Shown here: positions 1 through 9,865 of the stretch, one piece after another
Numbering within the stretch: position 1 is the first letter of the stretch
Layout: every line of letters starts with the position of its first letter
Assembly (NCBI GenBank): GCA_025655635.1
Contig: JAHXIM010000086.1
Span: 1-39,971 of the forward strand
Reading direction: 5' to 3'
DNA length: 39,971 bases
Origin: a gamma proteobacterium symbiont of Lucinoma myriamae
Lineage (GTDB): Bacteria; Pseudomonadota; Gammaproteobacteria; GRL18
Notes under the pieces: model-generated
Database searches by the model: none
What the model was told of the DNA's origin: nothing
What the model saw: the letters and a program-made list of their open reading frames with translations, nothing else
Made by a program: the position numbers and the translations under genes

Positions 1-109
1 AATTTGATCAGGAACAATAAAATTACAATTAATGTTGTACGATAATCTATCGATTCATGATGATTATCTTTTTTCAGGATCGACTAAATACGTTTGAAGC
101 TTAATAAAA

Positions 110-184
<75 letters not shown>

Positions 185-230
185 GATAAATAACTGTTTG
201 TATAAACTGACTTAATATTGGGGTCGCGTG

Positions 231-1421
231 ATGTCTAAAGAAAAATTTGAACGTACAAAACCGCACGTCAACGTAGGTACAATTGGCCACGTAGACCACG
301 GTAAAACTACATTAACAGCTGCTATTACAAAATGTATGGCCGAAATCCACGGTGGTGAAACCCGTGCATTTGATCAGATTGACTCAGCACCAGAAGAAAA
401 AGCACGTGGTATCACCATTGCCACTTCACACGTTGAATATGAATCAGATGTTCGTCACTACGCGCACGTAGACTGCCCAGGACACGCCGATTATGTTAAA
501 AACATGATCACTGGTGCTGCTCAGATGGATGGTGCGATACTCGTATGTAGCGCAGCAGACGGCCCAATGCCACAAACTCGTGAGCACATCTTATTATCTC
601 GTCAGGTTGGTGTTCCTTATATTCTTGTTTACATGAATAAAGCGGACATGGTTGATGACGAAGAACTCATCGAACTGGTCGAAATGGAAATCCGTGAATT
701 ACTGGATGCCTACGACTTCCCAGGTGATGATACGCCAATTATTGTTGGTTCAGCACTGAAAGCCCTTGAAGGCGACACCAGTGATATCGGTATTCCTTCA
801 ATCGTTAAGCTTGTAGAAGCCATGGATACTTACATTCCAGAGCCTGTGCGTGCCATTGACGGTGACTTCATTATGCCGGTTGAAGACGTATTCTCAATCT
901 CAGGTCGTGGTACTGTGGTAACAGGACGTATTGAGCGCGGTGTCGTTAAAGTCGGTGAAGAAATCGAAATTATCGGTATCAAAGACACTCAGACTACTAC
1001 CTGTACGGGTGTTGAAATGTTCCGTAAACTGCTTGACCAAGGTCAGGCGGGTGACAACGTTGGTGTTCTTCTACGTGGTGTTAAGCGTGAAGACGTTGAA
1101 CGTGGTCAGGTACTTGCTAAGCCAGGTTCCATCACACCTCACACTATCTTCGAAGCAGAAGTTTATGTACTGAGCAAAGAAGAGGGTGGTCGTCATACGC
1201 CTTTCTTCAAAGGCTATCGTCCACAGTTCTACTTCCGTACCACTGACGTAACCGGCGCATGTGAATTACCAGAAGGCGTAGAAATGGTTATGCCAGGTGA
1301 TAACGTACAGATGGTTGTGACTTTGATTGCTCCAATCGCGATGGAAGACGGTTTACGTTTTGCTATTCGTGAAGGTGGCCGTACAGTTGGTGCTGGTGTT
1401 GTTGCTAAGGTTATTGAATAA
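231..1421 (+). CDS. tuf: Elongation factor Tu (tufB-position copy)
   Basis: [17 protein letters not shown] and NKAD G-domain motifs; ATG 231 preferred over GTG 228 (GGGGT SD 6 nt upstream; matches the second copy). Confidence 0.99.
   Translation: MSKEKFERTKPHVNVGTIGHVDHGKTTLTAAITKCMAEIHGGETRAFDQIDSAPEEKARGITIATSHVEYESDVRHYAHVDCPGHADYVKNMITGAAQMDGAILVCSAADGPMPQTREHILLSRQVGVPYILVYMNKADMVDDEELIELVEMEIRELLDAYDFPGDDTPIIVGSALKALEGDTSDIGIPSIVKLVEAMDTYIPEPVRAIDGDFIMPVEDVFSISGRGTVVTGRIERGVVKVGEEIEIIGIKDTQTTTCTGVEMFRKLLDQGQAGDNVGVLLRGVKREDVERGQVLAKPGSITPHTIFEAEVYVLSKEEGGRHTPFFKGYRPQFYFRTTDVTGACELPEGVEMVMPGDNVQMVVTLIAPIAMEDGLRFAIREGGRTVGAGVVAKVIE
231..1421 (+). repeat. Copy 1 of a near-identical 1191-bp tuf duplication (copy 2 at 17946-19136)
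   Basis: Identical protein; about 13 synonymous differences seen, all near the gene ends. Confidence 0.95.
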
Positions 1422-1593
1422 AATAACCGTAAATATAACGACTATTTATTATAATGACTTTTTTTATATAAAGAATAATCGTTAAAAGCTTCCTGAATAT
1501 AAGCTTTAAATTTCTCTGTTTTCTCCTTATAACTTAAGGAGAAAACAAACGAAGCAAATGCCAATCTGCATCGTAGAAATATTATTCAACTCT

Positions 1594-1669
1594 AGGCTAG
1601 TAGCTCAATTGGCAGAGCACCGGTCTCCAAAACCGGGGGTTGGGGGTTCGACTCCCTCCTGGCCTGCCA
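1594..1669 (+). tRNA. trpT: tRNA-Trp(CCA)
   Basis: AGGCTAG/CTGGCCT acceptor stem, anticodon arm CCGGT-CTCCAAA-ACCGG, GTTCGA T-loop, 3' CCA; typical tuf-trpT-secE order. Confidence 0.97.
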
Positions 1670-1682
1670 CTTTATCGGATCT

Positions 1683-1712
1683 AGCACAGCCATAGTAATG
1701 ACTGTGCTTTTT
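1683..1712 (+). terminator. Possible intrinsic terminator or processing hairpin after tRNA-Trp
   Basis: AGCACAGCCAT-AGTA-ATGACTGTGCT (one mismatch) followed by TTTT. Confidence 0.55.
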
Positions 1713-1771
1713 CTCGTACAAATAAAAGTCCCGAGATTGATTAAGGACTAAATTAAATATCAGATAATTTA

Positions 1772-2116
1772 ATGGCAGATAAAATAAAATTAATTATTGC
1801 AGTGCTCGTTGTTGCAGCTTCTCTCTTTGTTTACTACACGCAAGATGAAATTTCTGTGTTATACAGAGTTCTTGGTGTGTTTGCAGGGGTTATTATTGCC
1901 TTTCTAATTGCGGCAAAAACTGAAAAAGGTGCGTCAAGCATTGCCTTTGTTCGTTCAGCAGTTGTCGAAATGAAAAAAGTTGTATGGCCAAGCAAGAAAG
2001 AGACAACACAAACAACACTAACAGTTGGAGTTATGGTTGTTATTGTTGGAATTATTCTATGGAGCTTCGATCAGGTGATTGGTTGGGGTGTTCGGTTATT
2101 GACAGGTCAGGGATAA
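1772..2116 (+). CDS. secE: Preprotein translocase subunit SecE
   Basis: [13 protein letters not shown] motif, three hydrophobic segments, position before nusG. Confidence 0.97.
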   Translation: MADKIKLIIAVLVVAASLFVYYTQDEISVLYRVLGVFAGVIIAFLIAAKTEKGASSIAFVRSAVVEMKKVVWPSKKETTQTTLTVGVMVVIVGIILWSFDQVIGWGVRLLTGQG

Positions 2117-2120
2117 TAAA

Positions 2121-2654
2121 ATGTCATTACGCTGGTATGTAGTACAAGCTTTTTCAGGTTATGAAAAGTCCGTAAAACGTTCTTTAGAAGAGCGTATTAT
2201 TCGTTTTGACATGCAGTCAAAATTTGGTGAAATTCTCGTTCCAACTGAAGAAGTTGTAGAAATGAGAGATGGTAAAAAGCGCCGCAGTGAACGCAAATTC
2301 TTTCCAGGCTATGTACTTGTAGAAATGGAAATGGATGATGATAGCTGGCACCTTGTGAAAGATGCACCAAGGGTGCTTGGTTTCATTGGAGGTAAAAAAG
2401 ATAAGCCCGCACCGATTAGCCAAAAAGAAGTGGACTCAATTCTAAACCGGATTCAGGAAGGCACTGATAAGCCAAAACCTAAGGTTCTATTTGAAGCAGG
2501 CGAATTAGTACGAATTATTGACGGACCATTTAATGACTTCAATGGTGTCGTTGAAGAAGTTGATTACGATAAGAGTAGAATGCGAGTATCAGTGAGTATT
2601 TTCGGTCGTTCAACACCAGTTGATTTACTGTTTATACAGGTAGAAAAAACTTAG
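2121..2654 (+). CDS. nusG: Transcription termination/antitermination factor NusG
   Basis: [24 protein letters not shown] motif [20 protein letters not shown]. Confidence 0.99.
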   Translation: MSLRWYVVQAFSGYEKSVKRSLEERIIRFDMQSKFGEILVPTEEVVEMRDGKKRRSERKFFPGYVLVEMEMDDDSWHLVKDAPRVLGFIGGKKDKPAPISQKEVDSILNRIQEGTDKPKPKVLFEAGELVRIIDGPFNDFNGVVEEVDYDKSRMRVSVSIFGRSTPVDLLFIQVEKT

Positions 2655-2707
2655 CGCTAAGAAAATAGCTCGAAGGTTTGTGTAAGACATAAATGCAAAA
2701 AAATTAT

Positions 2708-2750
2708 ATAGCGTCATAATTGAGATAATTGTGGCGCTATTGTTGTTTGT
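2708..2750 (+). terminator. Putative terminator after secE-nusG
   Basis: ATAGCGTCATAATT-GAGAT-AATTGTGGCGCTAT stem (G-U pairs) followed by TGTTGTTTGT. Confidence 0.55.
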
Positions 2751-2767
2751 CGGGTATAATATTCGGC
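2749..2767 (+). promoter_or_regulatory. Putative sigma70 promoter of rplKA (-10 TATAAT at 2755-2760)
   Basis: Perfect -10 about 18 nt upstream of the L1-binding leader; -35 poor. Confidence 0.6.
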
Positions 2768-2777
2768 TGCATTCACA

Positions 2778-2842
2778 GGGGAGCTATTAGAGTACGTACG
2801 CTTATATGTTATAGGTGGTCCGTTCATCATAGCGATATACCC
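2778..2842 (+). promoter_or_regulatory. L1-binding autoregulatory site in the rplK leader
   Basis: GGGGAGCTAT...ATAGCGATATACCC immediately 5' of the GAGG SD; resembles the GGGAG/ACCC asymmetric-loop L1 operator known in Gammaproteobacteria. Confidence 0.7.
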
Positions 2843-2855
2843 AATAGAGGAAACT

Positions 2856-3290
2856 ATGGCTAAGAAAATAGAAGCATATATTAAGTTGCAGGTTGCCGCC
2901 GGCTCTGCAAATCCAAGTCCACCAGTTGGTCCAGCTTTAGGTCAGCATGGTGTGAACATCATGGAATTCTGTAAAGCATTCAACGCCAAGACTGATAGTC
3001 TTGAAAAAGGAATGCCGGTTCCGGTTGTTATTACTGTATTTAACGATCGCAGTTTTACATTTATTACCAAAACTCCACCTGCTGCTGTCCTGCTTAAAAA
3101 AGCGGCCGGCATTAAAAGCGGTTCAGGTGTTCCTAACCGCGATAAAGTGGGCAAAGTAAATCGTGCTCAGCTTGAAGAAATTGCTAACACTAAGATGGAA
3201 GATCTCTCTGCTGCCGATATGGACGCTGCTGTGCGTACAATTGCTGGTACTGCCAGAAGTATGGGCATTGAGACAGAGGGAGTAGAATAA
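2856..3290 (+). CDS. rplK: 50S ribosomal protein L11
   Basis: [27 protein letters not shown]. Confidence 0.99.
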   Translation: MAKKIEAYIKLQVAAGSANPSPPVGPALGQHGVNIMEFCKAFNAKTDSLEKGMPVPVVITVFNDRSFTFITKTPPAAVLLKKAAGIKSGSGVPNRDKVGKVNRAQLEEIANTKMEDLSAADMDAAVRTIAGTARSMGIETEGVE

Positions 3291-3292
3291 TT

Positions 3293-3991
3293 ATGACTAA
3301 GTTGTCTAAAAAGAAAAAACTAATCAATGAAAAAGTTGAACTAGGAAAACTCTATGGTTTTAGTGAAGCTGTTGAGTTACTAAAATCTCTGCCCGCTTCT
3401 AAATTTGAAGAGTCGGTTGATATTAGCATTAACCTGGGTATCGATTCTCGTAAATCAGATCAAAATGTACGTGGTGCCTGTGTATTGCCAAATGGTACAG
3501 GTAAAACTGTTCGTGTTGCTGTTTTTGCCCAGGGTGAAAATGCCACTAAAGCAACAGAAGCCGGTGCTGACATCGTTGGTTTTGATGATCTGGCAGCACA
3601 AATCAAAGGCGGTGAGATGAACTTTGATGTTGTTATTGCAACCCCAGATGCTATGCGCGTTGTTGGTCAGCTGGGTCAAATTCTTGGACCACGCGGTCTG
3701 ATGCCGAATCCTAAGGTTGGTACAGTAACTCCTGATGTGGTTACCGCTGTTAATAATGCAAAAGCTGGTCAGGTACGTTTTCGTGCTGATAAAGGCGGTA
3801 TTATTCACTGTTCTATTGGTAAGATTGGTTTTGATGCTTCGGCTTTACAAGGCAATCTGGAAGCTCTGGTTATTGATTTACAAAAAGCAAAACCATCTTC
3901 AGCAAAAGGTATTTACCTTAAGAAGATCAGTGTTTCTACAACACATGGTCCGGGTCTGACTGTTGAACAGTCAAGTATCGCTCTTAAGTAA
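3293..3991 (+). CDS. rplA: 50S ribosomal protein L1
   Basis: [26 protein letters not shown]. Confidence 0.99.
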   Translation: MTKLSKKKKLINEKVELGKLYGFSEAVELLKSLPASKFEESVDISINLGIDSRKSDQNVRGACVLPNGTGKTVRVAVFAQGENATKATEAGADIVGFDDLAAQIKGGEMNFDVVIATPDAMRVVGQLGQILGPRGLMPNPKVGTVTPDVVTAVNNAKAGQVRFRADKGGIIHCSIGKIGFDASALQGNLEALVIDLQKAKPSSAKGIYLKKISVSTTHGPGLTVEQSSIALK

Positions 3992-4091
3992 GACTTAAAA
4001 ATATTTACCCTGGAAGCAATAAAATGCTTGGGTACAAAGGCTTTGGTTTACCATTATTATAATTTTAAATAATTAATAGTTGGTGGACGTC

Positions 4092-4156
4092 AAAGACCGT
4101 GGGTGAGCATGCTCTTAATAGTTTTTTTTAATAAAAGAAGCCCACGCAGACGGTGT
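4092..4156 (+). promoter_or_regulatory. L10 leader (L10-L12 autoregulatory RNA element)
   Basis: AAGACCGTGGG...TTAA...CCCACGCAGACGG kink-turn-like signature upstream of rplJ. Confidence 0.85.
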
Positions 4157-4306
4157 AATTCAAAATGCTCCTCGGATGCTTAAGAAACATCGTTACATGA
4201 TTGCTGACATTTTTACAGTGCTGTAAATTTGCTGGTGATTATCTGAAATCTGATGTTTGACTATTCTCCAGAATAGTCAAACATCATAAACGAGAGGTGA
4301 GTTGTA

Positions 4307-4834
4307 GTGGCTTTATCTATTGAAGGTAAAAAAGCGATTGTCGCTGAAGTAGCTGAAATAGCCGCTAATGCGCACTCTGTCGTCGGTGCTGTCTATCAGG
4401 GTATTGAATCAAACGAAATGAACGAGTTACGTGCTAAGGCACGTGCAGACGGTGTTTATCTTCGTGTGGTTAAGAATACCTTAGCTAGACGCGCTGTAGA
4501 GGGAACAGAATTCGAATGTATTCAAAGTGAACTGACCGGTTCTCTGGTTCTTGCTTTTTCGCAAGAAGATCCAGGTGCAGCAGGTCGAGTAATCTCTGAA
4601 TTCGTGAAAGAAAATGACAAGCTGGAAGTAAAAATCGTCTCTATCGGCGGTAAATTACTTGCACCTGAAGATGTTAAAGTGCTTGCTAAGATGCCTACTA
4701 AGGATCAAGCAATCGGCATGTTGATGTCTGTTATGAAAGCACCTATTTCGAAATTCGTTCGTACTCTGGCAGAGCCGCATACAAAACTGGTTCGTACTAT
4801 CGCAGCTGTTCGCGATCAGAAAGAAGCTGGTTAA
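4307..4834 (+). CDS. rplJ: 50S ribosomal protein L10
   Basis: GTG start with GAGGTG SD; LRVVKNTLARRAVEGTEFE. Confidence 0.98.
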   Translation: MALSIEGKKAIVAEVAEIAANAHSVVGAVYQGIESNEMNELRAKARADGVYLRVVKNTLARRAVEGTEFECIQSELTGSLVLAFSQEDPGAAGRVISEFVKENDKLEVKIVSIGGKLLAPEDVKVLAKMPTKDQAIGMLMSVMKAPISKFVRTLAEPHTKLVRTIAAVRDQKEAG

Positions 4835-4978
4835 GGCTTTTAGCTAACAAAGCTAATATATACGATATGATATTTTATAAAAAATATCAGACTAATTTGA
4901 ATGGTAAACCAACCGGTTATTTAGCTCAGCTTATATAGATAAGTGAGTACAAATAACTTGAAAAATTTGGAGTTAAAA

Positions 4979-5362
4979 ATGGCTGTATCTAAAGACGAAA
5001 TGTTAGAAGCAATTGCTAATATGTCTGTAATGGAAGTTGTTGAACTAGTTGAAGCAATGGAAGAAAAATTTGGTGTAACTGCTGCTGTTGCAGTAGCTGC
5101 TGCTCCTGCTCCTGCTGCTGGCGGTGATGCTGCTGGCGGTGATGCAGAGCAAACTGAATTTAATGTTATTCTTGCTGCGATAGGCGACAAGAAAGTAAAC
5201 GTCATTAAGGCTGTTCGTGCTATCACAGGTCTTGGTCTTAAAGAAGCAAAAGGCATGGTTGACGGTGCACCTGCTGCAGTTAAAGAAGGCGTTGATAAGG
5301 CTGAAGCTGAAGACGTTAAGAAGCAGCTTGAAGAGGCTGGTGCAACTGTCGAACTTAAGTAA
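4979..5362 (+). CDS. rplL: 50S ribosomal protein L7/L12
   Basis: Start corrected to ATG 4979 (GGAG SD); [17 protein letters not shown]. Confidence 0.98.
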   Translation: MAVSKDEMLEAIANMSVMEVVELVEAMEEKFGVTAAVAVAAAPAPAAGGDAAGGDAEQTEFNVILAAIGDKKVNVIKAVRAITGLGLKEAKGMVDGAPAAVKEGVDKAEAEDVKKQLEEAGATVELK

Positions 5363-5423
5363 GACAATGCACTTTTATCGTCCGGCAGTTTTTCATTTTT
5401 TGTGAAATTGTCACGGTAAAAAT

Positions 5424-5464
5424 GAAAATGGCCGGTGGTCTTGACCACCGGCCATTTTCCGTTT
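5424..5464 (+). terminator. rplL-rpoB attenuator/terminator hairpin
   Basis: Perfect 17-bp inverted repeat GAAAATGGCCGGTGGTC-TT-GACCACCGGCCATTTTC followed by CGTTT; same position as the known enterobacterial rpoB attenuator. Confidence 0.8.
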
Positions 5465-5642
5465 CTAAATATATGAATTATTTGAATTATCTATCTTGCT
5501 AAATTTTATTTACCAGGGTGAATATTTGAGATAACTCGAATGTGTTAATTAACTCTTATTTTAAGGTTTATCGGCACACACGCTTAAATAGTTGCTATTA
5601 ACCTCAATAGCGACTTTAAACAGAGACTGCTCGGGAATATAA

Positions 5643-8600
5643 ATGGCCTATTCATTTACAGAAAAAAAACGTATTCGTAAAAATTTTGGTATATCTAAAG
5701 CGGTTATGGATGTACCTTATCTACTTGCTATACAACTCGATTCATTCCGTAAATTTTTGCAATCTGAAGTTAACCCGGAAGGTAGAAATGAAGTTGGCCT
5801 TGAAGGCGCTTTTAAATCTGTTTTTCCAATTGTCAGTTTTTCAGGTAATGCGGCTCTTGAATACATTAGCTATCGTCTGGGAAAACCTGCATTTGATGAA
5901 AGAGAGTGTCGTACCAGAGGTGTTACCTATTCAGCACCTTTACGAGTTAAGCTGCGCTTAATTATTTATGATAAAGAATCCAGTGCAAAGAACAAGAAAG
6001 TAAAAGATATTCGTGAACAAGAAGTCTTTATGGGCGAAATCCCGTTAATGACAGGCAATGGTACCTTTATTATCAACGGTACTGAGCGGGTAATTGTTTC
6101 TCAGTTACATAGAAGCCCTGGTGTATTCTTTGATCATGATAAGGGTAAGACACACTCATCAGGTAAATTATTATTTAATGCCCGTGTTATTCCATACCGT
6201 GGTTCATGGTTAGATTTTGAGTTCGATCCTAAAGATAACGTTTTTGTTCGTATTGACAGACGTCGTAAATTACCCGCTACTATCCTGCTTAGAGCATTAG
6301 GCTATGAGTCAGAAGAAATTCTGGACATGTTCTTTGATTTTGAAGATTTCAAAATCAAAGCAGAAGGTGCAGAACAAAAACTTATTTCTGAAAGAATGCG
6401 TGGTGAAACCTACAGCTTTGATATCAAAGATGCTAAGGGTAATGTTCTTGTTGAACAAGGTCGTAGAATTACAGCACGTCTGGTTCGTCAAATCGAAAAA
6501 TCTGGTCTGAAATACATAAAAGTTCCACTGGAAATACTGCATGGCAAAGCGCTGGCTAATAATATAGTTGATAGTGAAACCGGTGAAATTATTGCTAATG
6601 CCAATGATGAGATTACTGAAGAGTTATTAGAAAAGATACTTGAAGCTAAGATTTCTAAATTTAAGACAATTTATACTAATGAACTGGATGAAGGTCCGTT
6701 TATTTCAGAAACATTACGTATCGATAATTCAACAACACAGCTTGAAGCTCAAGTTGAAATCTATCGTATGATGCGTCCCGGTGAGCCGCCGACTAAAGAA
6801 GCCGCTGAAGCATTATTTGCTAACCTGTTCTTTACTGATGAACGTTACGATTTATCTGCTGTTGGTCGTATGAAATTCAATCGCCGTATTGGTCGTGAAG
6901 ATCTGACAGGCGAAGGGATTTTATCTAATGATGATATTATTGCTGTTATTAATACCTTACTGGATATTAAAAATGGCAAGGGTATTGTTGATGATATTGA
7001 CCACCTGGGTAACCGTCGTGTACGTAGTGTGGGCGAAATGGCTGAAAACCAGTTCCGTGTTGGACTGGTGCGTGTTGAACGTGCCGTTAAGGAACGTTTA
7101 ACTCTGGCTGAAGCCGATAACCTCATGCCTCAGGAACTGATTAATGCTAAGCCGGTTTCTGCAGCCATTAAAGAGTTCTTTGGTTCCAGCCAGTTATCGC
7201 AATTTATGGATCAAAATAATCCTTTATCAGAGATTACTCACAAACGTCGTGTTTCTGCCTTAGGCCCTGGTGGTTTAACGCGTGAACGTGCCGGTTTTGA
7301 GGTACGTGATGTACATCCAACTCACTATGGTCGTGTCTGTCCTATTGAGACACCAGAGGGACCAAACATTGGTTTGATTAACTCACTGGCAGTGTATGCA
7401 CGTACCAATAACTATGGTTTTCTTGAGTCGCCTTACCGTAAGGTCGTTGACGGAATGTTAACCGATCAAATTGATTATTTATCAGCGATTGATGAATCAG
7501 AATTTGTTATTGCACAGGCGAATGCCACCATTGATGATAATGGACAATTAACCGATGCCATTGTTAATTGTCGTCATTTGAATGAATTTACTACCTATTC
7601 ACCTGACAAAATAAATTATATGGATGTTTCACCCAGACAGATTGTATCGGTGGCCGCCTCAATGATTCCATTCCTGGAACATGATGATGCTAACCGTGCC
7701 TTGATGGGTTCAAACATGCAGCGTCAGGCTGTACCCACATTAAAAGCTGATAAACCATTAGTGGGTACCGGTATGGAGCGTACTGTTGCCATCGACTCTG
7801 GTGTTGCAGCTGTAGCACGTCGTGGTGGTATTATTGATAAAGTAGACGCTTCTCGAATTGTTATTCGAGTTAATGATGATGAGACGCTGCCGGGTGAATC
7901 GGGTGTTGATATCTATAATTTGACCAAATATACGCGTTCAAATCAAAATACCTGTATTAACCAGCGTCCATTAGTGATGCAGGGTGATTTAATTGCCCGT
8001 GGTGATGTGCTTGCTGATGGCCCATCGACTGATATTGGTGAATTGGCGCTTGGTCAGAATATGATGATTGCCTTTATGCCGTGGAATGGATATAACTTTG
8101 AGGATTCAATTCTTATATCCGAAAGAATGGTTGAAGAAGATCGTTTTACCACGATTCATATTGAAGAACTCACTTGTATTGCTCGTGATACCAAATTAGG
8201 TTCTGAAGAAATTACCAGTGATATTCCCAATGTTGGTGAATCAGCACTTGCCAAACTGGATGAGTCGGGCATTGTTTACATTGGCGCTGAAGTCAAAGGC
8301 GGCGACATTCTGGTGGGTAAAGTGACGCCAAAAGGTGAAACACAATTAACTCCGGAAGAAAAATTACTGCGTGCTATCTTTGGTGAAAAAGCATCAGATG
8401 TAAAAGACACTTCACTGCGTGTATCAGGCAGTAAAGTCGGAACCATCATTGATGTACAGGTTTTCACTCGTGATGGTCTGGAAAAAGACGCACGTGCCAA
8501 GTCTATTGAAGAAGATGCTCTGGTCGCTGTACGTAAAGACATGAAGGATCAATTCCGTATTGTTGAAATAGACACTTATAGCCGTGTAGAGCGTATTTTA

Positions 8601-9740
8601 CTTGATCAGGTTGTTGATGGCGGACCCGGTATGAAGGCCGGAGATAAAGTCACTGCTGAAGTCCTTGCTGAGATGCCGCAGAAAAGCAAATGGTTTGATA
8701 TCAAACTGCGTGATACCGAACAGCAGGAACAACTGGGTAAGCTGGCAGAACAATTAGAAAATTCCAGAAAAGAATTTGATGATCATTATGAAGAAAAACG
8801 TCAGAAGATTGTTGCTGGTGATGACCTTGCACCTGGTGTGCTGAAGATGGTTAAAGTCTATATGGCTGTTAAGCGTCGTGTTCAGCCGGGTGATAAAATG
8901 GCGGGACGTCATGGTAACAAGGGTGTTATTTCAACGATAGTACCGGTTGAAGATATGCCTTATCTTGAAGACGGCAGAACAGTTGATATCGTCCTGAACC
9001 CACTGGGTGTACCTTCTCGAATGAATGTCGGACAGGTATTAGAAACCCATCTGGGCTGGGCTGCTCGTGGTTTAGGTTTAAGAATCGGTAATATGCTGCA
9101 GGAAAAATCAGCTGAAGCAGAAAAAATCGAAAAACTGCGTAAATACCTGCATGAAATCTATAATGAGAGCGCCGGTGTTAAAGAAGATCTTGACAGCCTG
9201 AGCGATGAAGAAATCATTAAGCTGTGTAACAACCTCAAAGGCGGTGTGCCAATGGCAACACCAGTATTTGATGGTGCTGCAGAAAGCGAAATTAAGCGTA
9301 TGCTTGAGCTGGCAGGTTATGACCGTTCTGGTCAGTCTACACTTTATGATGGTAGAACAGGTAATAAGTTCGATCGTCCTGTTACAGTAGGCTATATGTA
9401 CATGTTGAAACTGAATCATCTGGTTGATGACAAGATGCATGCACGTTCTACCGGTCCTTATAGTCTGGTAACGCAGCAGCCACTAGGTGGTAAAGCACAA
9501 TTTGGTGGACAGCGTTTCGGAGAAATGGAAGTCTGGGCACTGGAAGCTTATGGTGCGGCATATACCTTACAGGAAATGCTCACAGTTAAGTCAGATGATG
9601 TACAAGGTCGTACCAGAATGTATAAAAACATTGTCGATGGTGATCATCGTATTGATGCTGGAATGCCAGAATCATTTAACGTATTACTTAAAGAAATACG
9701 TGCTCTGGGCATTGATATAGAGTTGGAACAGGTAGATTAG
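5643..9740 (+). CDS. rpoB: DNA-directed RNA polymerase subunit beta
   Basis: [52 protein letters not shown]. Confidence 0.99.
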   Translation: MAYSFTEKKRIRKNFGISKAVMDVPYLLAIQLDSFRKFLQSEVNPEGRNEVGLEGAFKSVFPIVSFSGNAALEYISYRLGKPAFDERECRTRGVTYSAPLRVKLRLIIYDKESSAKNKKVKDIREQEVFMGEIPLMTGNGTFIINGTERVIVSQLHRSPGVFFDHDKGKTHSSGKLLFNARVIPYRGSWLDFEFDPKDNVFVRIDRRRKLPATILLRALGYESEEILDMFFDFEDFKIKAEGAEQKLISERMRGETYSFDIKDAKGNVLVEQGRRITARLVRQIEKSGLKYIKVPLEILHGKALANNIVDSETGEIIANANDEITEELLEKILEAKISKFKTIYTNELDEGPFISETLRIDNSTTQLEAQVEIYRMMRPGEPPTKEAAEALFANLFFTDERYDLSAVGRMKFNRRIGREDLTGEGILSNDDIIAVINTLLDIKNGKGIVDDIDHLGNRRVRSVGEMAENQFRVGLVRVERAVKERLTLAEADNLMPQELINAKPVSAAIKEFFGSSQLSQFMDQNNPLSEITHKRRVSALGPGGLTRERAGFEVRDVHPTHYGRVCPIETPEGPNIGLINSLAVYARTNNYGFLESPYRKVVDGMLTDQIDYLSAIDESEFVIAQANATIDDNGQLTDAIVNCRHLNEFTTYSPDKINYMDVSPRQIVSVAASMIPFLEHDDANRALMGSNMQRQAVPTLKADKPLVGTGMERTVAIDSGVAAVARRGGIIDKVDASRIVIRVNDDETLPGESGVDIYNLTKYTRSNQNTCINQRPLVMQGDLIARGDVLADGPSTDIGELALGQNMMIAFMPWNGYNFEDSILISERMVEEDRFTTIHIEELTCIARDTKLGSEEITSDIPNVGESALAKLDESGIVYIGAEVKGGDILVGKVTPKGETQLTPEEKLLRAIFGEKASDVKDTSLRVSGSKVGTIIDVQVFTRDGLEKDARAKSIEEDALVAVRKDMKDQFRIVEIDTYSRVERILLDQVVDGGPGMKAGDKVTAEVLAEMPQKSKWFDIKLRDTEQQEQLGKLAEQLENSRKEFDDHYEEKRQKIVAGDDLAPGVLKMVKVYMAVKRRVQPGDKMAGRHGNKGVISTIVPVEDMPYLEDGRTVDIVLNPLGVPSRMNVGQVLETHLGWAARGLGLRIGNMLQEKSAEAEKIEKLRKYLHEIYNESAGVKEDLDSLSDEEIIKLCNNLKGGVPMATPVFDGAAESEIKRMLELAGYDRSGQSTLYDGRTGNKFDRPVTVGYMYMLKLNHLVDDKMHARSTGPYSLVTQQPLGGKAQFGGQRFGEMEVWALEAYGAAYTLQEMLTVKSDDVQGRTRMYKNIVDGDHRIDAGMPESFNVLLKEIRALGIDIELEQVD

Positions 9741-9865
9741 AAAACTGTTTTATCTGGTTTTTAGCTAATTAGCAGTTAAAAACTAATGTTCACAAACAAT
9801 AAAAAACTTTTGAGAAGAAACTATAGTGTTTTTTCTCACATGGCGCTTTAGTAGAGGATATCAAG

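Noticed and set aside
1-109. Absence of tRNA-Tyr/Gly directly before tRNA-Thr
   Set aside because: Window edge; these genes may lie just upstream given the long spacers in this genome
4146-4455. 11-mer GCAGACGGTGT present in both the L10 leader (4146-4156) and the rplJ coding region (4445-4455)
   Set aside because: It encodes ordinary Ala-Asp-Gly-Val, and the rest of the leader stem is not duplicated; probably chance
7170-7280. Rifampicin-resistance region of rpoB
   Set aside because: Q513, D516, H526 and S531 equivalents are wild type
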